NCBI GenBank assembly: GCA_002189035.1
Contig: NEEC01000004.1
Location: forward strand, 3,410,001 to 3,474,000
Length of the DNA stretch: 64,000 bases
Direction of reading: 5' to 3'
Source: Utricularia gibba
Lineage: Eukaryota > Plantae > Magnoliophyta
Part shown: positions 38,587 through 51,015 of the stretch, piece after piece
Position numbering within the stretch: the first letter of the stretch is position 1
Layout: each line of letters starts with the position of its first letter
The notes under the pieces: model-generated
What the model saw: the letters and a program-made list of their open reading frames with translations, nothing else
What the model was told of the DNA's origin: nothing
Database searches by the model: none
Position numbers and translations under genes: made by a program

Positions 38587-39542
38587 TGTAACGACCCGCG
38601 ACCTGCACCCTAGACGCTAAGGCCATTACCGACACCTAACTTTCAGCATTGGTGTCCCAATCATCATGGAATGGGTTAGGAATGTGATTATGGGTGCATT
38701 CCTCTGCCACACCACCATTCCTGGCACCTGGCAATCCCTGGCGACATCCCTCACTAGATCACTTCGCCATGACTCACCCAACAGCACAAGTAACGAAATA
38801 AAGATTTTAGTAAGCCACAGAATTAAGGTTCCACGCAAGGCGGCAAGCCTAGACTACACATATTCACGAAGTTTCCCATCCCCACGAAGCATCACTACTG
38901 TTCCCACATGTTGCCCTCGCGAGGCATCTCCGTAACTTCTCGTATCAGCATGCTGCCCATCCTAGGCATCTCAGTTGTTCTCCTAATCAGTCCGAACACC
39001 TATCCACGTAGGATCCTACACGTTTGGCACCTCTCCCACTGAGCATAGGCGCTCAACGTTGCCGCCATGACCGTAGTTCGATGGCCCTGCTTATTGCTCG
39101 TGTGACATCTCCACCCACGGCCTCGCCGCGTTGCCATTGGGGGTGCACTCCCCAATCCCACCGTAGCTCACAATGCCTCGATCACACAGCGAGGACTTAA
39201 GGTTTGAGAACCATATCTCCATACACGAAGTTAGCTTCCACCAATCTGTCCCGCAGCGCAATTCAACCGTAAAGCCCTTACCTTTGTGCGGTTTCTGTCT
39301 TCCTCCTAGAGCGGCTGCCGTCTCTCTCAGTTGGTGCCCTCCCACCCAAGGGCTCTAGCCCCTCTACTTATACTTGAAATTAGTCCTATCGGATCCATCC
39401 TAAGCCCGTCGGGCCTACCTGGGAGACACGCAAGCCTAAGGGTTTGTTCGCAAGTACCCTTCCTTTTTAAGGTCAATATCTTGACCCTTATTGTGACTGC
39501 ATCCTTGCCACTGTTCTGAGGGTCTGGGTCGGGGGTGTTACA
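38587..39542 (-). mobile_element. Solo LTR (956 bp), chromovirus/Del-type termini
   Basis: TGTAACGACCC...GGGGGTGTTACA inverted termini. GTGT on both flanks (38583-38586, 39543-39546). GC-rich and with no internal coding. Confidence 0.82.
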
Positions 39543-39989
39543 GTGTAGGTCTAAGCCCTCCTTCACGTGCTGCCTGCATGCAGCTAATGTGTTTCTTTAG
39601 ACCATCACCTTGAGCTTTTCATCTATTTGAAGTTTAGAGTGAATTTCAAATCAAAGATCCATGTCAATAAAATTGATTAACTAGCTGTTTTGTTCACGTG
39701 ACCTAGAACAGTGTTTTGAAAATTTTTTATAGTTTTTTTTTATTTTTTAAAAATTACTTTTGAAAAATAAAAATAATTGATAAAAGTAGAAATAAATTAT
39801 GAATGTTCTAGAAAATTGTAAAAATAGATGTAGAATTATTTTTCAAATAACAAGAATTTTCTATAAAAAAGTTCTTTTACATAATTTTGAGTATTTTTTA
39901 AAATAATATATAAATTTAATAAACATAAATTTTTCAATATTAAATAATATAGATTCATGAATCATCATCCAAAGTAAGTTTTTAAAATA

Positions 39990-40960
39990 ACAAAATAAAT
40001 TAATCTCTTCCATGATAAACATTCCAAAATTGATTACGAATTACATCTCAAATGCTTTCCATCGAAGTAGTTTGTGGTGTTGCTTCAGTGTCTTCAATTG
40101 GATCATCATCAGTTTAAGGCAATGTATGTTGGTATTCAATCAAATCATGTCTATCATCTTCTATATTAACTTGTCGAAGAAAGTTATGAATAGCCATAGT
40201 TGCAGCTACCAAATGCACTTGATGTCGCAATTTCAAGTTGCAAAGCATGTCATTCACAATATGAAATTGTTTTTTTCATACACCGAAAGCCCTTTCAATG
40301 GCTGAGCATAGTACTGAATGTCGATGGTTGAATAACTCTTCCGTGATAGCATGTTCTATGATATGGTGCCATATAACCTATTGTGTTGGCAAACCCAACA
40401 TCAGTCAAATAACATTTACTTGGAGTTAGATATGGAAAGTTATCTTCATCATTCTGTAAACATTCCATCAACATCCTACTATCATGTGTGATTCCCTCGT
40501 AACACGCTGCAACAAAGATGAACCTCATATTAAAATCACATACAGCGAGGATGTTCTGAGTTGGCAATCCTTTATGTCCAATTTAACGTGTTTTATCTTC
40601 AACATGAATGCATGCTTTTATATGAGTCCCATCAATGGCTACCACAATACCTTGAAAAAATGGGAAAAAACAAGACTTGTACCTAATATATAAGGGAATC
40701 TGTGTAAAATCTCTTCCTAGTGATATCCAAATAGATGTCATTCGACAACATGCTTTCAAAACACCCTCATACCACCTTATCCCATACCACCCTATCCCAT
40801 TAATTTTACTCAACCTCTTGTATAAACTCCAATAATCTCGAAGGCTATTCCATCTATTCTTGAGTTGAGTCATGTCAAATGTATAGACTTGTGTATTGTT
40901 GATTTTCTTTAATAGATGGCCATACGTTCTTCGTAAAGAACGTGTTTCCAAAATTACCTT
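39990..40960 (-). pseudogene. Second PIF/Harbinger remnant: Myb/SANT-like plus DDE_Tnp_4 nuclease fragments
   Basis: QLKNRWNSLRDYWSLYKRL...GIGW, VVAIDGTHI, TQNILAVCDFNMRFIFV...HDSRML, YLTDVGF...APY, and RAFGV*KKQF...AIHNF toward 40200. Confidence 0.85.
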
Positions 40961-41536
40961 TGTTTATCTCATCCATGGCAACTTGAAAGTATATTTATGT
41001 GGTAGGTAAATCTCAATTGAATTTTTTTGTTATAAGCTTTCTTGGTTGTGTGTTAGCCAATGTATCACCTCTTTTTTTCCTTTGAAGTTTGTTGGCTTCA
41101 TTAAATTTCCTAAAACATCATAGATACATATCAATATTTTCATTCAAATTTATCTAGTAACCATAATAATAAATTAGGAGAAAAGTAAAAGCATTGTATA
41201 GAAGCAAGGGTAAAAAAAAAGTTGAAAGCTTTCTAAATTCAAGAAAAGCAACGACTTTCCAAACACATCAGGACAATTTTGTAGTGTAGCTGCAGCAATA
41301 ATGAAAATCCATTTCATAGAATCTACACGATCGAGAAAAAAATGGAGATGATACTGACTTAAAAAAAAACAAACCTCCTTTCTCCAATCTGCCACTTTGT
41401 TAATCATCACTCATAAACAAAAATTTCCTAATATCGTTACAAAAATATAAATCTTCGTATCAAATAAAATTGTAATCCCTAATCCTCACAAAATACAAAT
41501 TAAACACAAAATCTAAAGTGGAATTTGGGATATCAC

Positions 41537-42783
41537 AAGGAGTTTGTACTTGTTAAGTATTTTAGCAGATGCAGGTTTCAGAATAACAGTAGTTCTTTAG
41601 TCTAAGCTCAAACTAACAATATCAAGCAAGTTCAATGAACAAGTTAAAGTTTCAACGTTGAAAATAATAGATATTGGTTCTAATACAAAGTAAGACTAAG
41701 ATGTCTTAAGGGTATGCAGATGATGTGGTATTAAAGTTTCTAATTTAATCTACAAAGTTTCTATACTCAGAACTCCAAATAACTTAGATCTACCCAAGCC
41801 ATTCATCATATTTTCTGTAGAGATAGTCCTCTAATATCATTACCAACTTCGTAATTAGATCTAGTCACATGCAAAATATATAAAATTAGATCTATTTGAT
41901 TCTACTTGTTCTACCCTGAACTAATACCTATTGTCTCTGTCTTGATTTGTTGGTGTACTTCTAAATCAAGCATTGGAATTGCAAAGCTACTTATTTCACC
42001 CTTTAGATTTACCTATGAATTGATAGAGACAAATTCTAAGAAACAATGACAAAATTTATTATAAACCCTAGCTTTACATTACCATTCTATTCTTCAATAC
42101 ATTCCCTAAAGCTTAGCTACTCATGTATGGAAGTTAAAACATGATAACATTAAAATGAAGCAGTGAAAATATCAAAAACATCTTGAAAGAATTGGTCATA
42201 GAATCTAAAAACATTCAACAAATGAAAGTAAAACAGAAATGATTTTAATTTCCGTCTTCTACTGTTCACGGTCCGGAACAGTAGCATTGGACTGGGTCTT
42301 GATGTTCGTTCTTCACGTTAAAGGTTATTCTCCAAAAAATCGTTCTTGTTCTTCCCTCTGGTTCAATGTTCGTCGTCTTGTTGGGGGAGAGAACCCCTCA
42401 TGTGTTGTTGCTGAAACTACTTGATCTTGTGATTCTCTCTCCTCATGATTTTTCTACTTTCTTACTTTCTAAAGTAAGTACAATTTATGATACCACTAAT
42501 GCTCTTACTTTTGACTTGCAGTCTGCTATGATAGAAGTGCACTCATTGACTTTTGCTCCTCTTGCTATATGGTGACTTGCACGAAGTCTGTGTCTTTCCA
42601 TGATTTTGGGATTTGTTGTTGAATTCGCAATTGGGTTAGAACATGGATTTAGTCCACTAACACAAAAAATCACATATTTTCTAAGTTATATAAAAATATT
42701 TAAAACTATAAAATAAGCAACGAAAACATGATTAAAAACCTATAATTATCATATCCTAAAACATGAAAATTTATGTGCTATCA
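41537..42783 (-). mobile_element. Athila-like solo LTR, 3' end trimmed
   Basis: Minus strand starts TGATAGCACATAAAATTTTCATG. Homologous to 13060-19478. Flanked by ATCAC at 41532-41536 and 42784-42788. Confidence 0.72.
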
Positions 42784-43506
42784 ATCACTAATGGAAAAGA
42801 AAGGATAAAAGAGCAGTATGATGACGAGAAATCCTTTTAAAAATACTTTTAAAAAGTTTAACATAAAAGTAAAAATTATATGAAAAAGTAAATCATGTCT
42901 TATTTTTTCAAAAATTATTTTTGTAGTATAATTTTAAAATTATTTTTGATAAAATTACTTTTATAATTGATATTATTTTAAAACAAAATTATTTTTATTT
43001 TTTGAAAAGTAAAAATATACTCTAAAAATTTTAAAAAAAAATTTGGAAATTTATTGCACTTGATTGATTAATACTAATTGTACTCTTGGTTTAAAAAAAA
43101 GAATGGAATGGCAAATACATCAAATTATGAAATCTCGGGGTTGAAAAGAAGCAAAATGATTTACTTCCCAATGTGAATTGAGATGATTTCCAGTGAACTG
43201 CAATCTCTCAGCAAAGGAAAACTTCTTCTCTATTTTTCTGTGTAGAATATCAAGCCCACAAAAACTGCACATCCACCCAAAAAAAAACAAAAAAGATACG
43301 CCATGAACGGAAGAGTATATTTAACAATAAGCCTCTCAGCGCACAAACTGTTGTGTCAAGACTTGGACTCAGCCGTGAAAATTTGTGGCATTTCCAAATC
43401 CTGACGAGTTGTGCATCAAATTTTGCACTCCAACCATACCTGTACCTTGTACAGCCATCACTTGAAGTTTCGGTTGCCTGACAGAGCAGCGAGGATATGA
43501 CGGATT

Positions 43507-46500
43507 TCAACTATCAAGAATCCAGAGCTCTTCCTCACGCTCTGGCTTCATGTTCAAATCAATCAAACTTTTCATTGGTGAACTTGAAGATCTTCCACCA
43601 GCAGCTTCATCATGATAGCATTTCCTGTGATCTTCTTGAATCATGTTACTCGTTCCATTTTTGACAGGTTCACTTCCTCGTTGATGATGAACCTCCTCCC
43701 TTATCTCCAGAAGGGTTCTTGACTGATGAAGCTTCGACGAGCAACAGACAGCACAATAACATGATTGACCATGGTTGTAACCTTTTTCCATCGGAGGTTG
43801 ATACCAGCCGGATTTGTGACTCGGATGTCTTGTTGACCTCACACGTTGAGCTGGAACAGAATCTCCCTCGCACTGGGTTTCCATATTTGCGAGTTGATTG
43901 GACCTTTCTGGAGCTAAAGAGACACCAGAAGTCCGTTCCAAGTTATTTTGTTCTTTTCTTGGATAATCTGCACAAAATCAAGAAAAAAAATGACCAACAC
44001 GTCTGAGAATCTACGAGTGCCAGGGGGAGAAAAGAAGAACCTTTTTCAGTGACCCCTATCATTTCTTCAAGTTTTTCCCTTGGTATCTCTTCAGCAGCTG
44101 AACAAAGGGATCTGATATATGAAGAGGAAAAAAAGCCTTAACTTCAGCAAAGATGAACATAATTATGGCACAAAAGGGCTGGTAATGACTTATTCCTCCA
44201 TTTTGTCCAACCAATTCTCACATCATAAATTGTGATTTTATACCTAATTTCGTGCATTCCAGAAGATTAAACAAGTCCCCGCAACCCACCAAAGAACAAA
44301 CCTGATGCATTATTCTCATGCATGCGTAACTTCACAAGAACTAAAGATCATATTCCATAAGATGGCATATAATAGCATAGCCGGCAATAACAACCTGCTA
44401 GAATCCCATGCATTCTCCGAACATATCCATCCTGAAGGAAGGATGGCCTCTGCAGGAACTTTGCGCCACTTGCAGCATTGTTCACACTCAACCCACAAAA
44501 CGTTCTCGCTTGAAGAGAAAGAAAAACTGGAAGTTATGACTTAAAAGACATTTCTAAATAGGAATTTACAGGCTGAGGGAATGATTTTGAAACATTTAAG
44601 GAAAACAATTACCCAGAATGATCTGTTCCAGGAATAGTAGGCCTCCCAATAACCAAGGGGTCTCCCTGGACAATAGATCAAGAATCTTGAGAATCAACTT
44701 TATGAGCGAAGTTTACAATGGGAAAAAATATGGCCACCTGAGGTCTGTGGCAGAAAGCAGACAAGCTATATCTATGCTTGTGGAAAGATTACTCAGATGG
44801 ATTCTAAGCATTCAAAATACTCTAGACCAGTTTCAACTGTTAATACATGTGAAAGCTCGTATGTGAAATCCAGGAGAATCAGTTATATTGCCACACCATT
44901 TCCTGAGGTCAACCCTCCCTCGGAGTTTTTCAAGGGGAAACAAAGAACAATTGATCATCTAAAATCTGATGCCTCTAATTCAACAAATGCATTTAAAAAA
45001 ACAAACTTTTTTAACACATGCCTATTGAAAAATACTACTCACAATTTCAATAACCACTCCAGAAGACCAAGTGTCTGCATATATTTCTATCTTTTTAGAA
45101 TGTGGATAAAAAAAGACATGCATCAGGATCCAAATGCAAAGAAAGAAAATAAACTGAAAGATAAGAGATTCCATCCATATGCAGAACAAAGGCTAAGAAA
45201 CTCTAGTTTGAAGCCAATTGTACCTTGAATTCTTCAAATTCGTAACCCTCTACGACAAAAATAGAGGGAACAACTTTTGAAGGAGGGCGCATTAGTTGCT
45301 GAGCTTCCTTCAATGTGAAACTTAACGTATTATCTGTTTCCATTGGAAGGCGCCTATTATTAGCATTGGAATTCCTACTCTTTTTCTTAGCATGAATTTG
45401 AGTGACATCCTCAAAAATTTGCTCTGCCAATATGAAAATATTCATATCTTAGGTACCACTTTTAGGAATTCCTATCTCAGAGTTTTACCTCTGATATGAA
45501 CACATTCACTGAAATCCACCTCCGTTTTTCTTTCTAGTAGTATCATTACCTGAAGCGAGTGTATCAGCTGATACCATTGTATGATAAGCTCCCTAGAAAA
45601 CAAAAAGTCTTATAGTAAGCCATGCCTTTTTGTAGCCAAAAACTGAATATAACTGTGTAAGTATGAATCCTCCACTTTTTATACTACCATAATGAGCATG
45701 CACATAACAAAGGCTTCAGTTAACGTGGCCATGCCATGGTCATAACATTGATGGGAAGTTTTGATTCTTAAACTCGTGTATTCTAAATGATTCCAATATC
45801 AGTTTCAAAAAAATTGCATATGGAACCTTTCCAGCTGAATGTATTGCTGCTGTCTTTCTGCCACCCATGATCAGTTTTCCTTCTGGCTCCAGCCTGCTAA
45901 AGATCACTGAAAAAAAAAAAGCAACATGTTTTAGAAACTCTGTTGAATTCGCACAGCAATCATTTCAAGTTTATGAAGATGCAGCAAATTCATGTTTCTT
46001 TAAAGAGAAATTAAACAAGTTCTGCCTCCATAAAATTCTTGGGTCGTCATAGATGACAAATTGGGCTGGGAAACATTAACAGACAACTCAAGACAATAGT
46101 GGATCACAGCCTGCACATAGGACAGAAGAAAAAAGAATGCTCAAGACAAAAACTAAAGTCAACTTGAAACATGGAATGCAGAATACCTATATCACCAGCT
46201 TGTAACTGCAGTGATTGAATGCAAGGATTGATTCCTTCCAGGACATACATCCTGCTGTTGTTATTGGGCCAAAACCGGAACTGGAATATCCACTCCCTCC
46301 CCTTCACATCCATAACCTTCAATGGCAATCCCTCTGGACAAGTAATTGGTGGAAAATAAGCCTGTTTCATACCATGTTATACATATATTATTTTGCGTGC
46401 CAGGACTTGAATGTTGAGGTAGAGACGTTCATCTAAACAGCAAGCAAATTGACAGATAATCAGTAAATCCCTTGCATTGGCTTCAAATTTTAGGCCCTGA

Positions 46501-49302
46501 GAAGTTAAGTTTACTGTAAAATAGTACAATAAACTTCTATTGCTAGAACACAAATGTTCAGATCCTAGAGTTACTAGAACAATTAAACTAAAGCCTGGTT
46601 ATCATTAGAACGTGTACACATCTAAAGCCCATAAACATAATATGAAGTCTGACCATATTATTTTTTGGTGTGATCCCACGCCTACCAATAGAACCATAGA
46701 TAACAATTCCAAAACGGAATGGAGCAGTAACCGCACATGAACATCACTTAGAACGCATTGCAAGAAAACAGCAATTTAAATGGATGGAGCCACTGGACTA
46801 AAACTTGAAAGTTGGGAGAAATGTTGATTTAGTCATAAATTTAAGTGCTTAAACTAATACTTTTCCTTTTTTCAAAAAATCATGATACGGCTCCTTAAAA
46901 TCAGGAACTTAATATAAAAAAGTAAATGGGGCTAAATTGAAATGTTTTTATGACACTAAAATGCGATAGTCATTTTTGAAGAAACAAAGCAGGACTAAAT
47001 TGAAACATTTTGCTAAATTTTAAGGATGAAATCAAAATTACAACTAAAACAATGTACAACTACTGAACAATTACTCACCTCTGCACATTTTTTCGGTAGG
47101 ACTAAGCGCCCAATACGTCCTGCATCACTAGCACTCAACATTTTCTCAAACAATGGGGTTAATTTTGCCCTGGAGAAGGAATAAATAATTGCTTTTGCAA
47201 CTAACTCCAGGGAATGCTATCCTAGTCATTTTGTGAAAATTGAAACAATGAAAAAGAAATGGAGTTCCATGTGTTCCTTCTTCATGATAATTCTTGAGAA
47301 AGTTATAAATAGGAGTACAGCAATAACATACTTGTCAGAGATATGCTGGAGTGACTTTTCTGTCATTTCAAGACCTTTTTGAGGAAGAAAAATACTTTGG
47401 GTCCCTCCATTTCCCCTTTCAACATCTCCAGATGCAACTAGCTGACTATCCTGCTTTCCTGATTTTGACATTAGTCTAATTTCTCGATGAACCATTGCAA
47501 ACTGAGGATCATCCTTTTCAGATTTTGGCAAGGTGTTCGAGGACACATATAAAGGTAAGGAATCATTTGATACAGGCAACATTTTGGAACTGGTTTCCAA
47601 GGACCCAGGTTGCTCCTTCATTTCTAATCCTAAAAGGTTAAAATTACCCAAATGAGCTGATAGCATGAGTATGCAGCAGGCAACATATACGTATATAAAA
47701 GAAAACTATACCAAAGTTCCCAAAAAGGTAAACTGAGCCGATTTTCAGCTTTCCATTTTCTAATCTTTCATATGGAACTCCTTGTTTCATGCCACACGAA
47801 GAAGTAGCATGCTTCTCACAAGAATGGTTCCTGTCAACGTCACCTAACACATCAAAGCCGAAGGGTTGTTTTCCCTTCACATCAGAATCGAAATTGGACT
47901 GCCTGAGTAAACTAGGTGCCTGACGCCATGGTAATGAACCAGATCCAGCAATTTGACTCCAATTATTTACAGAAGTGTCCTTCAATCTTTCAGGTAGAGA
48001 AGGAATGAAATGTGAAGGTGGTGGCCAGGCTGGATTTGGCGTCTAAAATTTTAGAGGTTCAAAGATAAGCAATTGAAGAAAAGAAAACACCAATAACTGA
48101 GTGCACATAACAGAGAGACACGAAAATATTGATACAACAAAACACATTTTACATGCAAAACTTAACAACGAGAAACAAAATGGAATCTGTCTAGAAAGCA
48201 CTTACTACTAAGAGCAACACAGAAAAAACCGAAATGTGAATAATGCTGTTTGCATTGCTAGAGTTAGTAGATGTAACCATTAAAATTATAAGACGCCATT
48301 TGGGGAGAGGCAAACAACATCTTTAAAAGCCATGCATAAGTAATCACAGGCCTATTTCATCAAAAAAATACTTAGTGCAACCAATGATACTGACGAATTG
48401 CCATTTTTTTAGAAGTAACATCCATCAAGTTGAAGCATAATTCAAAAAAAAAAAAAAAAACCATGAAACCAAGAGGAAAAATGGGATGAAGTAAAAAAAA
48501 CACAAAAATCATAACAAAGCCATTTGAAAAGTCATAAAACTGGAAAGGTTCCGTACCAAAATATAACTTTTTCTTGCACATGTTAAGCATTCTATACCTC
48601 CTGCATCCAATAGCACAAACATATGGAATGAAACTATGCATCCGCAATGTATTTTCTGCAACAAAAGAAGGCAACAAAAGAGGAACTATGCGTGTTAGAA
48701 GATTTCTAAGAACATGTCACGAATATTCCACTGCATTACCTTTCCACAAGATTCACAACATCTCCACCCAGAATCACTCGAATGGAATGTTTCGCAGAAC
48801 TTCCCATCTTCGTAAGCAGTACTAGAGAATAAATCATTTTGTTACACCAGTCAACATAAAACATTCAGATATAGGTATCGAAACAAGTCAACTGGCAATC
48901 CAAGTGCAGCGATGTATGAATGTTTCAACATGCATCGTATTTCAATTCAAATGCACCTCTACATTTGGGAAACCATAAATGTGTGCCTTGATAATAAAAG
49001 AAAATTTTCCGTTTTAATAAACAACTCAACAGGAACTGGGCCCAATCAAATATTCAAAGATCCAAGCTATTCCGCAACGTGAAGATCAAACTAGAGACAC
49101 GCTTTTTTTCACCTACGCAACAGTTGAAAGACAGAAGAGTCTGCCCAGCGGGTAATGCATGGCATACGAGAGCAGAGACTTACGCGCAGCCATCACAAAG
49201 ATAGGCGCAATCGCCAGTTCGACGACGCCAGCCTCTCCTGAAGGTGTCAGTGAGCACTTTACAGTTAGAGTTGAAACAGGGCTTCATCGTCTCCGAAGAC
49301 AT
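43507..49302 (-). CDS. VAL3: VAL/HSI2-family B3 transcriptional repressor (VAL3/Os07g0563300-like): PHD-like N-terminus, B3, CW-type Zn finger, EAR motif
   Basis: CFNSNC...[20 protein letters not shown]...[89 protein letters not shown]. Not all exon borders were resolved. Confidence 0.88.
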
Positions 49303-51015
49303 GGCATACCGAAAACCCCAAAGAATGAAAAGTAGCCGAAGCGCAGGAAGCGAACAGTTTTCAAAGAATACGGAATGCCATTATTAGCAATTGAAAGTTG
49401 ACAATGGAAACCCTACAGCCAGGTTGCCCACATAAAAAGAAGGAGAAGGAAAATGTAATCATGACGGAGAAGAAAGTAAAGGTGCAGCAATGGGAAGAAG
49501 CGATTTTGGAGTGGAGAGACCCAGCACCAGCAGCAGTACAAAAGAGAACTCCGCTATGCTATGCTGTGCTACGCAGTGCTGGGCTGGGTGTGTGTGAGAG
49601 AGAGAGAGCCTGTGATGGTGCCGGAGTTTCCACTTTTCAGGACCCCAAAGGTTTCAAACTTTTATTATTATTTTATATTATTATTATACGCACATGCATC
49701 ATACACACACGTTACGGGTCGGGTAGTTTATACATAAATATATAATACAATTTTAAAATCAGATACTATGTTAGTATATATAAAATAGTTGGAAATTTAA
49801 TGGCTATAAATTTTAATATTAATATAAAATGTATCTACAAATTTAAAATTTACTTCGAAAATACTTAATATATACATACAAAGCTCATTGCATATTCTTT
49901 ATTAAATTAATTCATGATAAAAAAAATCATTTTATAGGGAAAAAAAAAAGAGATTCGTATCAAGAATTTTTTTTCCCTAACGAATTTGCTCACATGAAGA
50001 TTCACCATATGTGTGAGTGAGTGTATTTAGATGGATTTGTATATTTAGTCATTTTTCATAGGTATTTTACATTTGAGTTTCTTTTTCTTCGATTGATTTA
50101 GAGAGAATTTTATTTAGATATAATGTTCGGTGTTAGGAAAATATATTTGAAATAAATATAAATATTTAAATATATTTAACATGATTAAGCAAAATTCTAT
50201 ATATATTGATCAAAAAATATTGTGTATATATATATATATTTGAAATACAATATTATAAAATCCATCCACTATTCAAAAATTTTATCGCATTTTTAAATTA
50301 TATTTAATGTAATAAAAATACATTTTTAATTATATTTAACATAAATATAAATATTTAAATATATTTGATATAATTAATAAAAATTGTACGTATATTTGAA
50401 ATAATATATATATATTCTTTAGCAAATGACAATTTTAATATCATTTCCTCTTTTTTTTGCATTCAATTGCATACATTGACTTTTAAAATTGGTACAATTA
50501 ATCTCCATTGTTTAATGAAAATAACATAATTATTCCTCATTGACATATTTAATCCTAATATTTTGATATATCGAATATATTTAGTCTTCAATTGTTTTAC
50601 TTTAATCATTTTTTATCGTCATGTTATAAATACCAGTTATAATTGATCTTTAATATTTAAAATTTGAATAATCTTGATCCCTATTTACTATTGTGTTCAT
50701 AATTTGATAAATTAGTCTCCATTTTTTTGGATCTAAGTGTTGACCATCACCCGTCGCCCATCGCTCCTGGTCAGCAGTGGTCGGTAACGATTCGATCGAT
50801 AATAATAAAATTGAATTAAGAAAAAAATTAGAATTTATAATTAAGAATCAATTATTAATATAAATAGTAGAAGCTATTTTCACACGATTATAACACAGTT
50901 AATATCAATTATAAATGACCTTGAAACAATGAAAATGAAAACACAATTCATACCGACAAATTATATCATTTAAACAAAAAGTTGAAATTATTCCCATACT
51001 TTTCCCTTTTTTTTT

